From an uncultured delta proteobacterium (GTDB lineage Bacteria > Desulfobacterota > Desulfobacteria > Desulfobacterales > Desulfosalsimonadaceae), in contig CAWGYD010000003.1 in NCBI GenBank assembly GCA_963826785.1, forward strand, positions 128,001-192,000: DNA of 64,000 bases, in the 5' to 3' direction. The position numbers and the translations under genes were made by a program. Each line of letters opens with the position of its first letter. The stretch's first letter is position 1. This document shows positions 9,620 through 19,050 of this stretch, in pieces. The notes beneath the pieces were generated by a model. The model did no database searches, was not told the DNA's origin, and worked only from the letters and a program-made list of their open reading frames with translations.

Positions 9620-9714
9620 TTTGGCTATGCACATTTCCTGTTGCAGAAACAATTGGCAGAGGGGGCAAAAATTAAAGCATGATCACGACAAAGCCAAGGA
9701 TACAGGAGATCGCC

Positions 9715-11952
9715 ATGGATCAGTGGCACAAGACCGGATGTGTATTATGCGCCCAGAACTGCGGGCTGGAAGTGATGGTGGAAAACGGCCGCATGGTCAA
9801 GGTCCGGCCGGACAGGGACAACCCCCGGAGCCGGGGGTATGCCTGCCGCAAGGGCCTGAATGTGATTTACCACCAGTACCCCGCAGACCGGCTGACCGAA
9901 CCGCTCAAACGGGTCGACGGCCGGTTTGCGCCCATCTCCTGGGATCAGGCCATCGAGGAGATCGCCGCAAAGATGACCCGGCTGGTGGACCAATACGGTC
10001 CGCGCTGCCTGGCTTACATGGGGGCTTCTTCCCAGGGCGGGCATTTCGAAGGGGCATTCGGGCTTTCCATCCTGCGGGCGCTGGGCTCCCAGAATTTCTA
10101 CTCCTCGGCTGGCCAGGAATTTTCCGGCTCCTGGTGGGTATTCGGCCGCATGCTGGGCAAGCAGTACAATGTGGCCATTCCCGACGAGAATGAGGCAAAG
10201 ATGCTGGTAGGTTGGGGGTGGAACGGCATGGAAAGCCACCAGATGCCCCGGGCGCCGGTCGTTTTAAAGGAATTTTCCAAGGACCCGGACCGGCTGCTGG
10301 TGATCATCGATCCCCGCAAGAGCGAAACCGCGGCGCTGGCCGACATCCATCTTCCCGTCCGGCCGGGCACGGATGCCCTTCTGGCCAAGGCCATGATCGC
10401 CATCATCTTAGAGGAAAGCTGGGAGAACAGGGATTATCTGGAGGGTCACACGGTCGGCTTCGAGCAGGTGCGGCCCTGGTTTGCGGGGTTTGACGCCCGG
10501 GGTGCCGTTTCCCTCTGCGGACTGGACTATGATCAGATTCGGCAACTGTGTCGGCTCATGACCACCCGGCGCTGGTGCGTCCATCCGGATCTGGGGATCT
10601 ATATGGGCCGCAAAAGCACGCTTTCCTGCTATCTCATCAATATGTTAGGGGCGGTGTGCGGCATCTTCGGGGTGCGGGGGGGAAACATCGTCCCCGGCAT
10701 GGTCATGCCCATGGGATTTCACGCCGACGAACGCGATCCCAAAACCTGGCGCACCGTGGCCACGGGCATGCCGCCGTCGGCGGCGGGGTCGTTTCCGCCG
10801 GCGGTCATGCCCGAAGAGATCCTTACCGATCACCCGGAGCGCATCCGCGCGGTTCACGTCAGCGCGTGCAACCCGCTGCGCGCCTATCCGGACACGGACG
10901 CCTACGAAAAGGCGTTTGCTAAACTCGACCTGCTGGTGGTCAATGACATCGTCCTGAGCGAAACCGCACGCCTGGCCCACTACGTGCTTCCCTGCCGCAC
11001 GTTTTATGAATCCTGGGACGGCACCTTCTTCCCCTGGACCTACCCGGACGTCTATTTCCAGATGCGCCGGCCCGTGGTGAACCCGCCGGAAAACTGCCTG
11101 GAGGCCGCTCAAATATTTACGCTTCTGGCCGAGGCGCTGGGACTGGTGCCGGACATCCCGGATTCACTTAAGCAAGCAGCCGAAGGCGACCGGATGATTT
11201 TCGGCGCAAAACTCATGGAATTTGCCGCCGCCGAGCCCAAAGCCTTTGCCGCCATGCCCTTTGTCCTGGCCAAAACCCTGGGACGGGTTTACGACAGCGC
11301 CGCCAGGGCCGCTTTGTGGGGCATGCTCATGACCGCGCCCAAATCCTTTCGGAAAAACGCCGCCCGGGCAGGCTTCACCCCTGGCATGGACCAGGGCGAA
11401 AAAATCTTCGATGCCATTATGGACCATCCCGAAGGGCTCTGGGTGGGGGTTGCCGACACGGAAAACCCCATGGCAGGCATCAAGACCCCTTCCGGAAAAA
11501 TCGAGCTCTGCATACCGGAGATGGAAAATGAAGTCAAATCCCTGACCCCGGACACCGAAGCCGCCGCCCTTGCCCTGCCGGAAAATTTCCCCCTGATTCT
11601 TAATGCCGGCCGCCACACCCGCTGCAATGCCAATACGCTGATGCGCAATCCCGATTGGAACAAGGGGAAACGGGCCTGCACCGTGGCCATGAACGAAATT
11701 GACGGACAAAACCTGGGCCTTTCCGACGGCGCCCGGGTGCGGGTGGTCACCGAGGCGGGCAGCCGGATTGGCGAGGTCGAAATCAGTGACCGGGTCCGCC
11801 CCGGCACGGTGCTCATCCCCCACGGTTTCGGCCTGATTTACGAAGACGAGGTCTACGGCATCAATGTCAATTACCTGACCAAAGCATCCCACCGGGACCC
11901 TATGGGCACACCCATCCACCGATATGTGCCCTGCCGGGTGGAACCGGTCTAA
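9715..11952 (+). CDS. molybdopterin-dependent oxidoreductase, DMSO-reductase superfamily (cytoplasmic, no Tat signal)
   Basis: CVLCAQNC...CRKG Fe-S motif, RLTEPLKR, IIDPRKSETA, RPGTD, SETARLAHYVLP, C-terminal molydop-binding domain; CAGGAG RBS. Confidence 0.93.
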   Translation: MDQWHKTGCVLCAQNCGLEVMVENGRMVKVRPDRDNPRSRGYACRKGLNVIYHQYPADRLTEPLKRVDGRFAPISWDQAIEEIAAKMTRLVDQYGPRCLAYMGASSQGGHFEGAFGLSILRALGSQNFYSSAGQEFSGSWWVFGRMLGKQYNVAIPDENEAKMLVGWGWNGMESHQMPRAPVVLKEFSKDPDRLLVIIDPRKSETAALADIHLPVRPGTDALLAKAMIAIILEESWENRDYLEGHTVGFEQVRPWFAGFDARGAVSLCGLDYDQIRQLCRLMTTRRWCVHPDLGIYMGRKSTLSCYLINMLGAVCGIFGVRGGNIVPGMVMPMGFHADERDPKTWRTVATGMPPSAAGSFPPAVMPEEILTDHPERIRAVHVSACNPLRAYPDTDAYEKAFAKLDLLVVNDIVLSETARLAHYVLPCRTFYESWDGTFFPWTYPDVYFQMRRPVVNPPENCLEAAQIFTLLAEALGLVPDIPDSLKQAAEGDRMIFGAKLMEFAAAEPKAFAAMPFVLAKTLGRVYDSAARAALWGMLMTAPKSFRKNAARAGFTPGMDQGEKIFDAIMDHPEGLWVGVADTENPMAGIKTPSGKIELCIPEMENEVKSLTPDTEAAALALPENFPLILNAGRHTRCNANTLMRNPDWNKGKRACTVAMNEIDGQNLGLSDGARVRVVTEAGSRIGEVEISDRVRPGTVLIPHGFGLIYEDEVYGINVNYLTKASHRDPMGTPIHRYVPCRVEPV

Positions 11953-11981
11953 TAAAGATTTTACGACCAAGGAGAAAAAAG

Positions 11982-13085
11982 ATGAGCATCCTGTTTGAAA
12001 AAGGCCGCATCGGGGCCATGGAACTTTCCAACCGGTTTGTCCGCTCCGCCACCTGGGAGGGGCTTGCGTCAGACGACGGCTCGGTCACCCCGAGACTGAT
12101 CGAAATGCTGACCCAACTTGCCGAAGGCGGGGTGGGCCTGATCATCCCCGGACACGCCTACGTGCTTTCCGAGGGAAAGGCCGGTCCCTGGCAGCTGGGC
12201 ATACACGAGGACGAACGCATCGCCGGCCTTTCGGAATTGACCCGGGCGGTGCATGCACAAGACGCAAAGATCGTGGTCCAATTGGCCCATTCCGGGTTTT
12301 TCGCCATGGAGCAGATTACCGGGAAACCGCCCATGGTGGTTTCCGCCATCGACGGCTTCACCCCGCCCGCGGCCCTGGAAATCACCCCCGATTATATCCG
12401 CACCCTGACCGCCGCCTTTGCCGATGCAGCCAGAAGGGCCCAACTCGCGGGATTTGACGGGGTGCAGATCCATTCCGCCCACGGCTACCTGCTCAGCCAA
12501 TTCCTCTCCCCCATCTACAATCGCCGGAAGGATGAATACGGCGGCCGTGTTGAAAACCGCTGCCGGATTCACCGGGAGATCGTAAGATCCATAAGGAAAA
12601 TGGTCGGCGATGATTTCCCCCTGCTGATCAAAATAAACGGACAGGACTATGCGCAGGATGGATTGACGCTGGCCGATTCGGTCCGGGCGGCAAAAATTCT
12701 TGCCGAAAACGGCCTGGATGCCATCGAGGTTTCCGGCGGACTTTTGTCCGGGGGCAAGCTCTCCCCCAGCCGCACCGCCATCACGACTGCCGACAGGGAG
12801 GCCTATTTTGAAGAAGATGCGGGTTCGTTTAAAAAAGAAATCGACATCCCCCTGATCCTGGTGGGCGGAATCCGCTCCTTTGACACCGCAGAGCGCCTGG
12901 TAAACGACGGCACCGCGGATTTTATCTCCATGAGCCGCCCGTTTATCTGCGAGCCGGATCTCATCCGGCGCTGGCAGTCCGGGGACCGGAAAACCACCTT
13001 TTGCGTGTCGGACAACAAGTGCTTCAGTCCGGGCTTCAACGGCGAAGGCATTTCCTGTGTAACCCGGCAGCGCCTGAAAAAATAG
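11982..13085 (+). CDS. NADH:flavin oxidoreductase (Old Yellow Enzyme family)
   Basis: NRFVRSAT, QLAHSG, GFDGVQIHSAHGYLLSQFLSP, C-terminal CxxxNxC. Confidence 0.93.
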   Translation: MSILFEKGRIGAMELSNRFVRSATWEGLASDDGSVTPRLIEMLTQLAEGGVGLIIPGHAYVLSEGKAGPWQLGIHEDERIAGLSELTRAVHAQDAKIVVQLAHSGFFAMEQITGKPPMVVSAIDGFTPPAALEITPDYIRTLTAAFADAARRAQLAGFDGVQIHSAHGYLLSQFLSPIYNRRKDEYGGRVENRCRIHREIVRSIRKMVGDDFPLLIKINGQDYAQDGLTLADSVRAAKILAENGLDAIEVSGGLLSGGKLSPSRTAITTADREAYFEEDAGSFKKEIDIPLILVGGIRSFDTAERLVNDGTADFISMSRPFICEPDLIRRWQSGDRKTTFCVSDNKCFSPGFNGEGISCVTRQRLKK

Positions 13086-13177
13086 GCTTTTTGTTTTTGC
13101 TTGACTTAAATGGCCGTTGGGTCTTTTCTTATTTTTCCAAAAGACAATTCAATTTGATTCTTAAAAGGGGGTAATTC

Positions 13178-15178
13178 ATGGACCCGTTGTTTCAGCCCAT
13201 CCGCATCAATTCGATGGATATCAAAAACCGGATCTACATGCCGGCCATGCACCTGGGCATGGCCAAAGATTTTTTCGTCACCGACCAGCTGATCGATTTT
13301 TACGAAGTGCGCGCCAGGGGTGGAGCGGGTATGATCTGCGTGGGATATGCCACGGTGGACGATCTTTCCGGAAACAGCACCAACATCGGGGCCCATTCAG
13401 ATGATTTCATCCCGGGATTGAAGCGGCTGGCCGACGTGATCCGAAAAAACGGCGCCCGTTCCTGCGTTCAGCTCAATCATGCCGGCCGGTACAACTTTTC
13501 CTTCTTTTTAAACGGCAAACAGCCGGTGTCCGCTTCGGCCGTGGCCTCCCGCATGACCGGTGAGACCCCCAAGAAACTGGAAATCAACGAGATCGGCCAG
13601 ATCATCAAAAACTTCGCCGATGCCGCCTTTCGGGTGAAAAAGGCCGGTTATGAAGCCGTGGAGGTCCTCAGCGGCACCGGGTACCTCATCAGCCAGTTTC
13701 TCTCCCCGCTCACCAACCAGCGGCAGGATGACTACGGCGGATCTTTTGAAAACCGGATCCGCTTCGGCCTGGATATCGCCCGGGCGATCAGGAAGAAGGT
13801 GGGGGCCGATTTTCCCCTGATCTTTCGGATCAACGGCAATGATTTCATGCCGGGCGGCCAGGGAAGCCGCGAGCTGAAAATGTACGGCCGGGCCCTGGTG
13901 GAAGAAGGCGGCGTGGACGCGCTCTGCATCAACGTGGGGTGGCACGAGGCCCGGGTCCCCCAGATCACCACCGCGGTTCCCCGGGGGGCGTTCGCCTACC
14001 TGTCCCGGGGGATCAAGGACCTGGTGGATGTGCCCGTGATCGCCAGCCACCGGATCAATGACCCGCAAACCGCCCGGGAGCTGATCGCAGACGATTTCTG
14101 CGACATGGTGGCCATGGGAAGGAGCCTGATTGCCGACCCGGATCTTCCTGAAAAAGCGCGCTCCGGACGGGAAAACGAGATCATTCACTGCGTGGCCTGC
14201 GCCCAGGGATGTTTCGACAACCTTTTCAAGCTCAAGCACGTGGAGTGCCTGTGCAATCCCCGGGCCGGACACGAGTGCGACACGGCATGTCGGATCGCCG
14301 AAACCCGCAAAAAGGTCATGGTCATCGGCGGCGGGGCCGCCGGCATGAACGCGGCCGTTGCCGCCGCCGACCGGGGGCATGAAGTTCACCTCTATGAAAA
14401 AAGCGATCATTTGGGGGGCCAGCTCTACCTGGCCGCCGCCCCTCCGGGCCGGGCCGAATTCGCCCAGCTGGCACAGGATCTGGAAAACCAAATGGCGTGC
14501 AGAAATATTGAGGTTCACCTGAACACGGCGGTGGATGAATCGCTGATAGATTCGGAAAAGCCGGACCACATTGTCCTGGCCACCGGGGGAGCGCCCATGG
14601 CACCCCCCATTCCCGGCATCGAGCTGCCCCACGTGGTCCAGGCCTGGGACGTGCTGGCCGGACGGGTGCACACCGGGAAAAAAGTGGTGGTGGTGGGCGG
14701 CGGGGCCGTGGGGGTGGAAGTCGCCCTCCTCCTGGCCGAAAAAGGGACCATTTCCGGCGACACGCTGAAATTTTTGATGGTCAACCAGGCGGAGGATTTT
14801 GCCACCCTCTATGATCTGGCCACCAAGGGGACCAAGCAGATCACGGTCATCGAAATGATCGAAAAGATCGGCAGGGATTTCGGCAAAACCACCCGATGGG
14901 GAATGCTCCAGGATGTCTCCCGGTTCGGCATCGAAACCCGCACCGCCACCCGGGCAAAGGAGATCACCCCGAAAGGGATAACCGTGGAGACCGAAGGCGG
15001 CGTCGAAGAGATCGAAGCCGACACCGTGGTCATCGCCGCGGGCGCCCGGTCCGAAAACGCATTGAAAGGCCTCCTCGAATCCAGGGGCATCCCCTTTGAT
15101 GTGGCAGGAGACGCCGAAAAGATCGGCATGGCCTTCGATGCCGTCCACCAGGGGTTTGCCGTGGGGATGAAAATATAA
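13178..15178 (+). CDS. fadH: 2,4-dienoyl-CoA reductase-like flavo/Fe-S enzyme (FadH/BaiCD/BaiH class)
   Basis: TIM-barrel OYE domain, VGWHEARVP, CVACAQGC...CLCNP, two GxGxxG motifs. Confidence 0.85.
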   Translation: MDPLFQPIRINSMDIKNRIYMPAMHLGMAKDFFVTDQLIDFYEVRARGGAGMICVGYATVDDLSGNSTNIGAHSDDFIPGLKRLADVIRKNGARSCVQLNHAGRYNFSFFLNGKQPVSASAVASRMTGETPKKLEINEIGQIIKNFADAAFRVKKAGYEAVEVLSGTGYLISQFLSPLTNQRQDDYGGSFENRIRFGLDIARAIRKKVGADFPLIFRINGNDFMPGGQGSRELKMYGRALVEEGGVDALCINVGWHEARVPQITTAVPRGAFAYLSRGIKDLVDVPVIASHRINDPQTARELIADDFCDMVAMGRSLIADPDLPEKARSGRENEIIHCVACAQGCFDNLFKLKHVECLCNPRAGHECDTACRIAETRKKVMVIGGGAAGMNAAVAAADRGHEVHLYEKSDHLGGQLYLAAAPPGRAEFAQLAQDLENQMACRNIEVHLNTAVDESLIDSEKPDHIVLATGGAPMAPPIPGIELPHVVQAWDVLAGRVHTGKKVVVVGGGAVGVEVALLLAEKGTISGDTLKFLMVNQAEDFATLYDLATKGTKQITVIEMIEKIGRDFGKTTRWGMLQDVSRFGIETRTATRAKEITPKGITVETEGGVEEIEADTVVIAAGARSENALKGLLESRGIPFDVAGDAEKIGMAFDAVHQGFAVGMKI

Positions 15179-15242
15179 AAAAGAGAGGATGGTTCGGGGT
15201 GTTCGGAAAAACGGGGCATTTTAGGAATTCGATGGTCAGTGG

Positions 15243-15407
15243 CTGAGGGTGCATGGAGAGGAACCCGGCCCGCTCAGGAAAATTTTTGCCGGCCGGGGCA
15301 GCCGACCGGCCGGTCCTTGCGATAAAGCATTCGTTAATGACAGTTGATCTATCTCGAGGACAAAAATTTACAATTCGCGTTCCAGCTCCCTCTCCACGCA
15401 CCCTCAG
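15243..15407 (+). repeat. long hairpin element, copy A
   Basis: 18/19 terminal inverted repeat ctgagggtgcatggagagg / cctctccacgcaccctcag; inner aatttttg/caaaaatt. Confidence 0.7.
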
Positions 15408-15640
15408 GGGAGGTATTCAAAAATTTGAAAAGCGCTCCATCCCCCTTTTGATCAACTGGCGGATAATGCATGTACTCGTAAACGTTCACAAGCACATGCA
15501 CGAAATAAGAAATTGAATTCATAATATAAAATCTCGCTACACGGCATTTTGCGGGAACAAAGTGGAAGCTTTTTTCTGAAAAAGATTTGCCATTCATAGG
15601 GACCGTTGCCTGTATCGAATTTGAACACCCGGTCTCTGGC

Positions 15641-15796
15641 GGGCGGGTGAACTGAGGACTGGCAGCGAGATTGGAGATTTTTGCGTAAACGTCCGATCCG
15701 CTCGGTCGCCGCAGCTGACCTTGATTCATTCAACAAAGCCAGACATCGAGGACCGCAAAAAGATCCCTGAGCGGCCGGTTCTCGGTTCACCTGCCC
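15641..15796 (-). repeat. long hairpin element, copy B (inverted relative to A)
   Basis: gggcgggtgaactgag / ctcggttcacctgccc termini; shares the internal motif aacc(c)ggcc(c)gctcagg..a..tttttgc with copy A. Confidence 0.65.
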
Positions 15797-15821
15797 GGCC
15801 AGCCACAAGCACAAGCCGTTT

Positions 15822-16307
15822 TCAGGTGTTCGCCGGGCTGGAGAACAGGTGCCAGAGCATGCAGCCGGTGGCGTCGGCTTCGGTGAAACCCAGGGTACTG
15901 GCAAATTTCATCAGCCGGTTTTCCGGCATCGCCTCACCATGGTAGGTCAGCGCCTCGATCTTTCCGGAAAGCATGGCCGGCAGGCTGTTCATCAGGACCG
16001 CAAAATCATTGACCTTCAGGCGGCCGGCAAATTGCTTTACGCACCGGACTTCATCATGCATATCCCGGCATGCGGCCAATTCCTTTATAAATTCCATCCG
16101 CCCCGGCCGGTCCAGCTTCATCCTGACAAAGGCCACCACATAGCGCCGCTTCTCCCCCAGAAACCGGAACAGGGTTTCCAGAAGATCGGTTCGGGACGTC
16201 CTTTGCCGGACAGCATCGCTGTCGCGTCGTTCGGCCGCGCCTTCTCTGTTTTCCTTTTTCGCGTATTCTGATAACGTGATTACCTGCGGCAAGATCTTCG
16301 TCTGCAT
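15822..16307 (-). CDS. hypothetical protein, divergent from the WYL regulator
   Basis: Strong AAGGAGG RBS; 161 aa; no family recognised. Confidence 0.7.
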   Translation of the reverse strand: MQTKILPQVITLSEYAKKENREGAAERRDSDAVRQRTSRTDLLETLFRFLGEKRRYVVAFVRMKLDRPGRMEFIKELAACRDMHDEVRCVKQFAGRLKVNDFAVLMNSLPAMLSGKIEALTYHGEAMPENRLMKFASTLGFTEADATGCMLWHLFSSPANT

Positions 16308-16374
16308 GGCCCTTTTCCTCCTTTTTATCGTGACCGGTTTGTCTGTTTTTCAGCTGTGAACAGCATAAACCGGC

Positions 16375-16398
16375 AAGTGTGCGGTTTTTGACACACTT
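16375..16398. promoter_or_regulatory. inverted repeat, candidate WYL-regulator operator
   Basis: AAGTGTG-N10-CACACTT in the divergent intergenic region. Confidence 0.55.
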
Positions 16399-16448
16399 CA
16401 TGCGATTTTTTTTAAAAATTTAAAAAAAAATTTTAAGATTTTGAATTT

Positions 16449-17486
16449 ATGCAGGAAAAAAAGATCATAAAATTGATCCGGGCGGTTGATCTGCTGGCCC
16501 GGCCGGAAGGGACCACCATCAATGAATTGTCTGCCGAGCTGGCGGTCAACCGGAGGGGCGTTTACCGTATCCTTGAAAATCTCCAGGCCATGCAGTTTCC
16601 GGTGTATGAAGAAAAAACCGATGAAGAACGGGCCAAGCGCTGGCGGCTGCAGGAGGATTACGTCAAGCGGCTGCCCAACATATCGGTCCCGGAGCTGAAG
16701 CTCTCCTTTGCCGAGATCCTGGCCCTGTTTCTTTTAAAAGGCCAGGCCGCCCTGTACAGCGGCACCCGCCTGGAAGAAGAAGCCCGGTCCGCCTTCGACA
16801 AGATCGGCGCCTATCTGCCATCGGCCCTGTACCGCCAGCTCGATGGGATCAAGACGCTGTTTGTTCCCCAGTCCAAGTTCGCCAAAGACTATGCGGGAAA
16901 GGAAGAGATCATCGACACCCTGGCTGAATCCATGCTGACCCGGAAACGGTGTCGAATCCAATATTTCGCCTTCAAAAACGAACAGTCAAAGCAGTACCGC
17001 ATCGATCCGCTCCATTTTTTCGAAAGCGGCGGCGGCATGTACATCTTCGTCCGCATCCCCCGGCACGGCACCATCCGGACCCTGGCGGTGGAGCGGATCG
17101 ACAGCATCGAAAAGACGGATGAAGCCTTCGAATATCCCGACGATTTCGATCCGGAGCAGATCCTGTCATCGGCCTTCGACATGGTCTACGATGACCCGGT
17201 ATCGCTGCGCGTGTGGATATCGTCAGCCCAGGCCAAATACGTCCGGGAGCGCAAATTTTTCCGGGATCAGACCCTGTCTCAATGCAATGATGGATCCGTT
17301 ATCATCGATATCAGGACCTCAGGCTGGGGAGATGTAAAACGATGGATCCTTTCCCTGGGGGCGGATGCCGAGGTCCTCTCCCCGGAACGCCTCCGGCAGG
17401 AGATGAAGGCGGAAATCCGGAAGCTCTCCCTTCGGTACGGCCGAGGCCTCCCTTCTCCCCAGGCGGTTTCAGAAAGCCCTGAATAA
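16449..17486 (+). CDS. WYL-domain transcriptional regulator (wHTH-WYL-WCX)
   Basis: N-terminal HTH; YRIDPLHF...MYIF...IRTLAVERI (WYL); WILSLGADAEVLSPERLRQEM (WCX). Confidence 0.92.
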   Translation: MQEKKIIKLIRAVDLLARPEGTTINELSAELAVNRRGVYRILENLQAMQFPVYEEKTDEERAKRWRLQEDYVKRLPNISVPELKLSFAEILALFLLKGQAALYSGTRLEEEARSAFDKIGAYLPSALYRQLDGIKTLFVPQSKFAKDYAGKEEIIDTLAESMLTRKRCRIQYFAFKNEQSKQYRIDPLHFFESGGGMYIFVRIPRHGTIRTLAVERIDSIEKTDEAFEYPDDFDPEQILSSAFDMVYDDPVSLRVWISSAQAKYVRERKFFRDQTLSQCNDGSVIIDIRTSGWGDVKRWILSLGADAEVLSPERLRQEMKAEIRKLSLRYGRGLPSPQAVSESPE

Positions 17487-17541
17487 AGCCATTCACATCA
17501 TCCTCTTTTCCACTGAAGCCTTGTCCGATCATGTCTTCAAA

Positions 17542-18996
17542 TCAGTCAATTTTGGTCTTTAACAGAACGGTGCGTCCGGTCCGGTGATCCAGGACCATAA
17601 ATGAGACCTCCTGGTTGCGGGGGAGTGATTCTACAAGGGAGGCGAATTCACCGGGCCCGGCGATTTGATGATTGTCGATCCCCAGGATGATGTCGCCGGA
17701 TTCGAGCCCTTCTTTTCCCAGCGGCCCGTTCGGATCGACCTTCTGCACCACCACGCCTGTCTGCTGTTGCATCCCGTATTGCTGCATCTGTTCCTTGCTC
17801 ACGGGGCCGATATTGATCCCGAGCCGGTCCTCTGCGGCTGAAACCATCTTTTTCTGCGCTTCTTCGAGGTTTCCGATGACCACGGTCATCTCTTTCTTTT
17901 CTCCGTTGCGCAATATCCCGAGCACCACCCGGGTTCCGGGCGCGGTGCTGGAGACGGCGTTTCGCAAAGCGCCGGCATCCGTGACCGCTTCACCCCGGTA
18001 CTGGAGAATGACATCGCCCTTCTGAATGCCGGCCTGATCCGCCGGTCCCCCCTTTACGACGTCAGCCACCTGCGCGCCCTGCCGATTGTCGAGGTTCCGG
18101 GCTTTCGCCTCCTCCGGGGTGATATCCTGAACTTCCACGCCCAGCCAGCCCCGGACCACCTTCCCCTTCTCGATCAGCTGCTTTGCCACATGGATGGCCA
18201 TTTTGCTGGGAATGGCGAAACCGATGCCCATGGAACCGCCCGATGCCGACAGGATGGCCGAGTTGATGCCGATCACATATCCGCCCAGGGTCATCAGGGG
18301 ACCGCCGCTGTTCCCCGGATTGATGGGGGCGTCGGTTTGGAGGAAATCCTGGTAGCTGGTGGGACTGGTGATGCCGGTGCGATGCTTGGCGCTGATGATC
18401 CCCTGGGTGACGCTTTCCTCCAGTCCCTCCGGCTGGCCGATGGCCACTACCCATTGTCCGACCTTCACCTCATCCGAGGGTCCGAAAGTGACATAGGGGA
18501 ACGGCTCGTTTCTGGATATCCTGATTACCGCCAGATCAGAGAGGGGATCGGTCCCCACCACCTCTGCGGGATACCGGTTTCCTTCCGAGAGGGTCACCAC
18601 GATTTTCGCAGCACCGTCCACCACGTGGTTATTGGTGAGAATGTACCCTTTCGGGTCGATCAGCATTCCCGACCCGATGCCCATGATCTCCCGTTCCAAC
18701 GTCTTGGGCATATTCTTGGGCAGGTTGAAAAAATGTTGAAAAAATGGATTCTGCTCCAATGGGGCCAGCGGATTGGCCACTTCCTGGCGTTCGGTCACCT
18801 CGATGTGCACCACGGCGGGAATGTGGTTTTGGGCAAGCTGGATGATGGCCGTGGTGATTTCGACTTTCTCCTGGGATTCCATGGATGCCAGGGCGGGGGA
18901 CCATGAATCCCGGCAGTACCCGGTCTGCCCCCACAGCCCTGCCAGAAATGCCACCGAAATGAAAATGAGCAAAGTTCGAACGTTTTTGCCGGACAT
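17542..18996 (-). CDS. degP: Do/DegQ family periplasmic serine endopeptidase with two PDZ domains
   Basis: Signal peptide, LTNNHVV, SDLAVI, QTDAPINPGNSGGPL, two PDZ repeats. Confidence 0.95.
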   Translation of the reverse strand: MSGKNVRTLLIFISVAFLAGLWGQTGYCRDSWSPALASMESQEKVEITTAIIQLAQNHIPAVVHIEVTERQEVANPLAPLEQNPFFQHFFNLPKNMPKTLEREIMGIGSGMLIDPKGYILTNNHVVDGAAKIVVTLSEGNRYPAEVVGTDPLSDLAVIRISRNEPFPYVTFGPSDEVKVGQWVVAIGQPEGLEESVTQGIISAKHRTGITSPTSYQDFLQTDAPINPGNSGGPLMTLGGYVIGINSAILSASGGSMGIGFAIPSKMAIHVAKQLIEKGKVVRGWLGVEVQDITPEEAKARNLDNRQGAQVADVVKGGPADQAGIQKGDVILQYRGEAVTDAGALRNAVSSTAPGTRVVLGILRNGEKKEMTVVIGNLEEAQKKMVSAAEDRLGINIGPVSKEQMQQYGMQQQTGVVVQKVDPNGPLGKEGLESGDIILGIDNHQIAGPGEFASLVESLPRNQEVSFMVLDHRTGRTVLLKTKID

Positions 18997-19050
18997 GAGT
19001 TACCTCCTTTTACCGGGAATAATTACAAAAACTTCGTCATTTACTGCCCA

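Noticed and set aside
9250..9675. ORFs across the long palindrome
   Set aside because: They overlap a non-coding repeat and have no RBS or family signal
13508..15148. 546-aa antisense ORF (also 44967-46298, 58216-59472 and similar)
   Set aside because: Shadow ORFs opposite well-supported genes, with no motifs
15253..15945. Short ORFs in the fadH-WYL gap as possible defence genes
   Set aside because: The region is explained by hairpin repeats; translations are not protein-like
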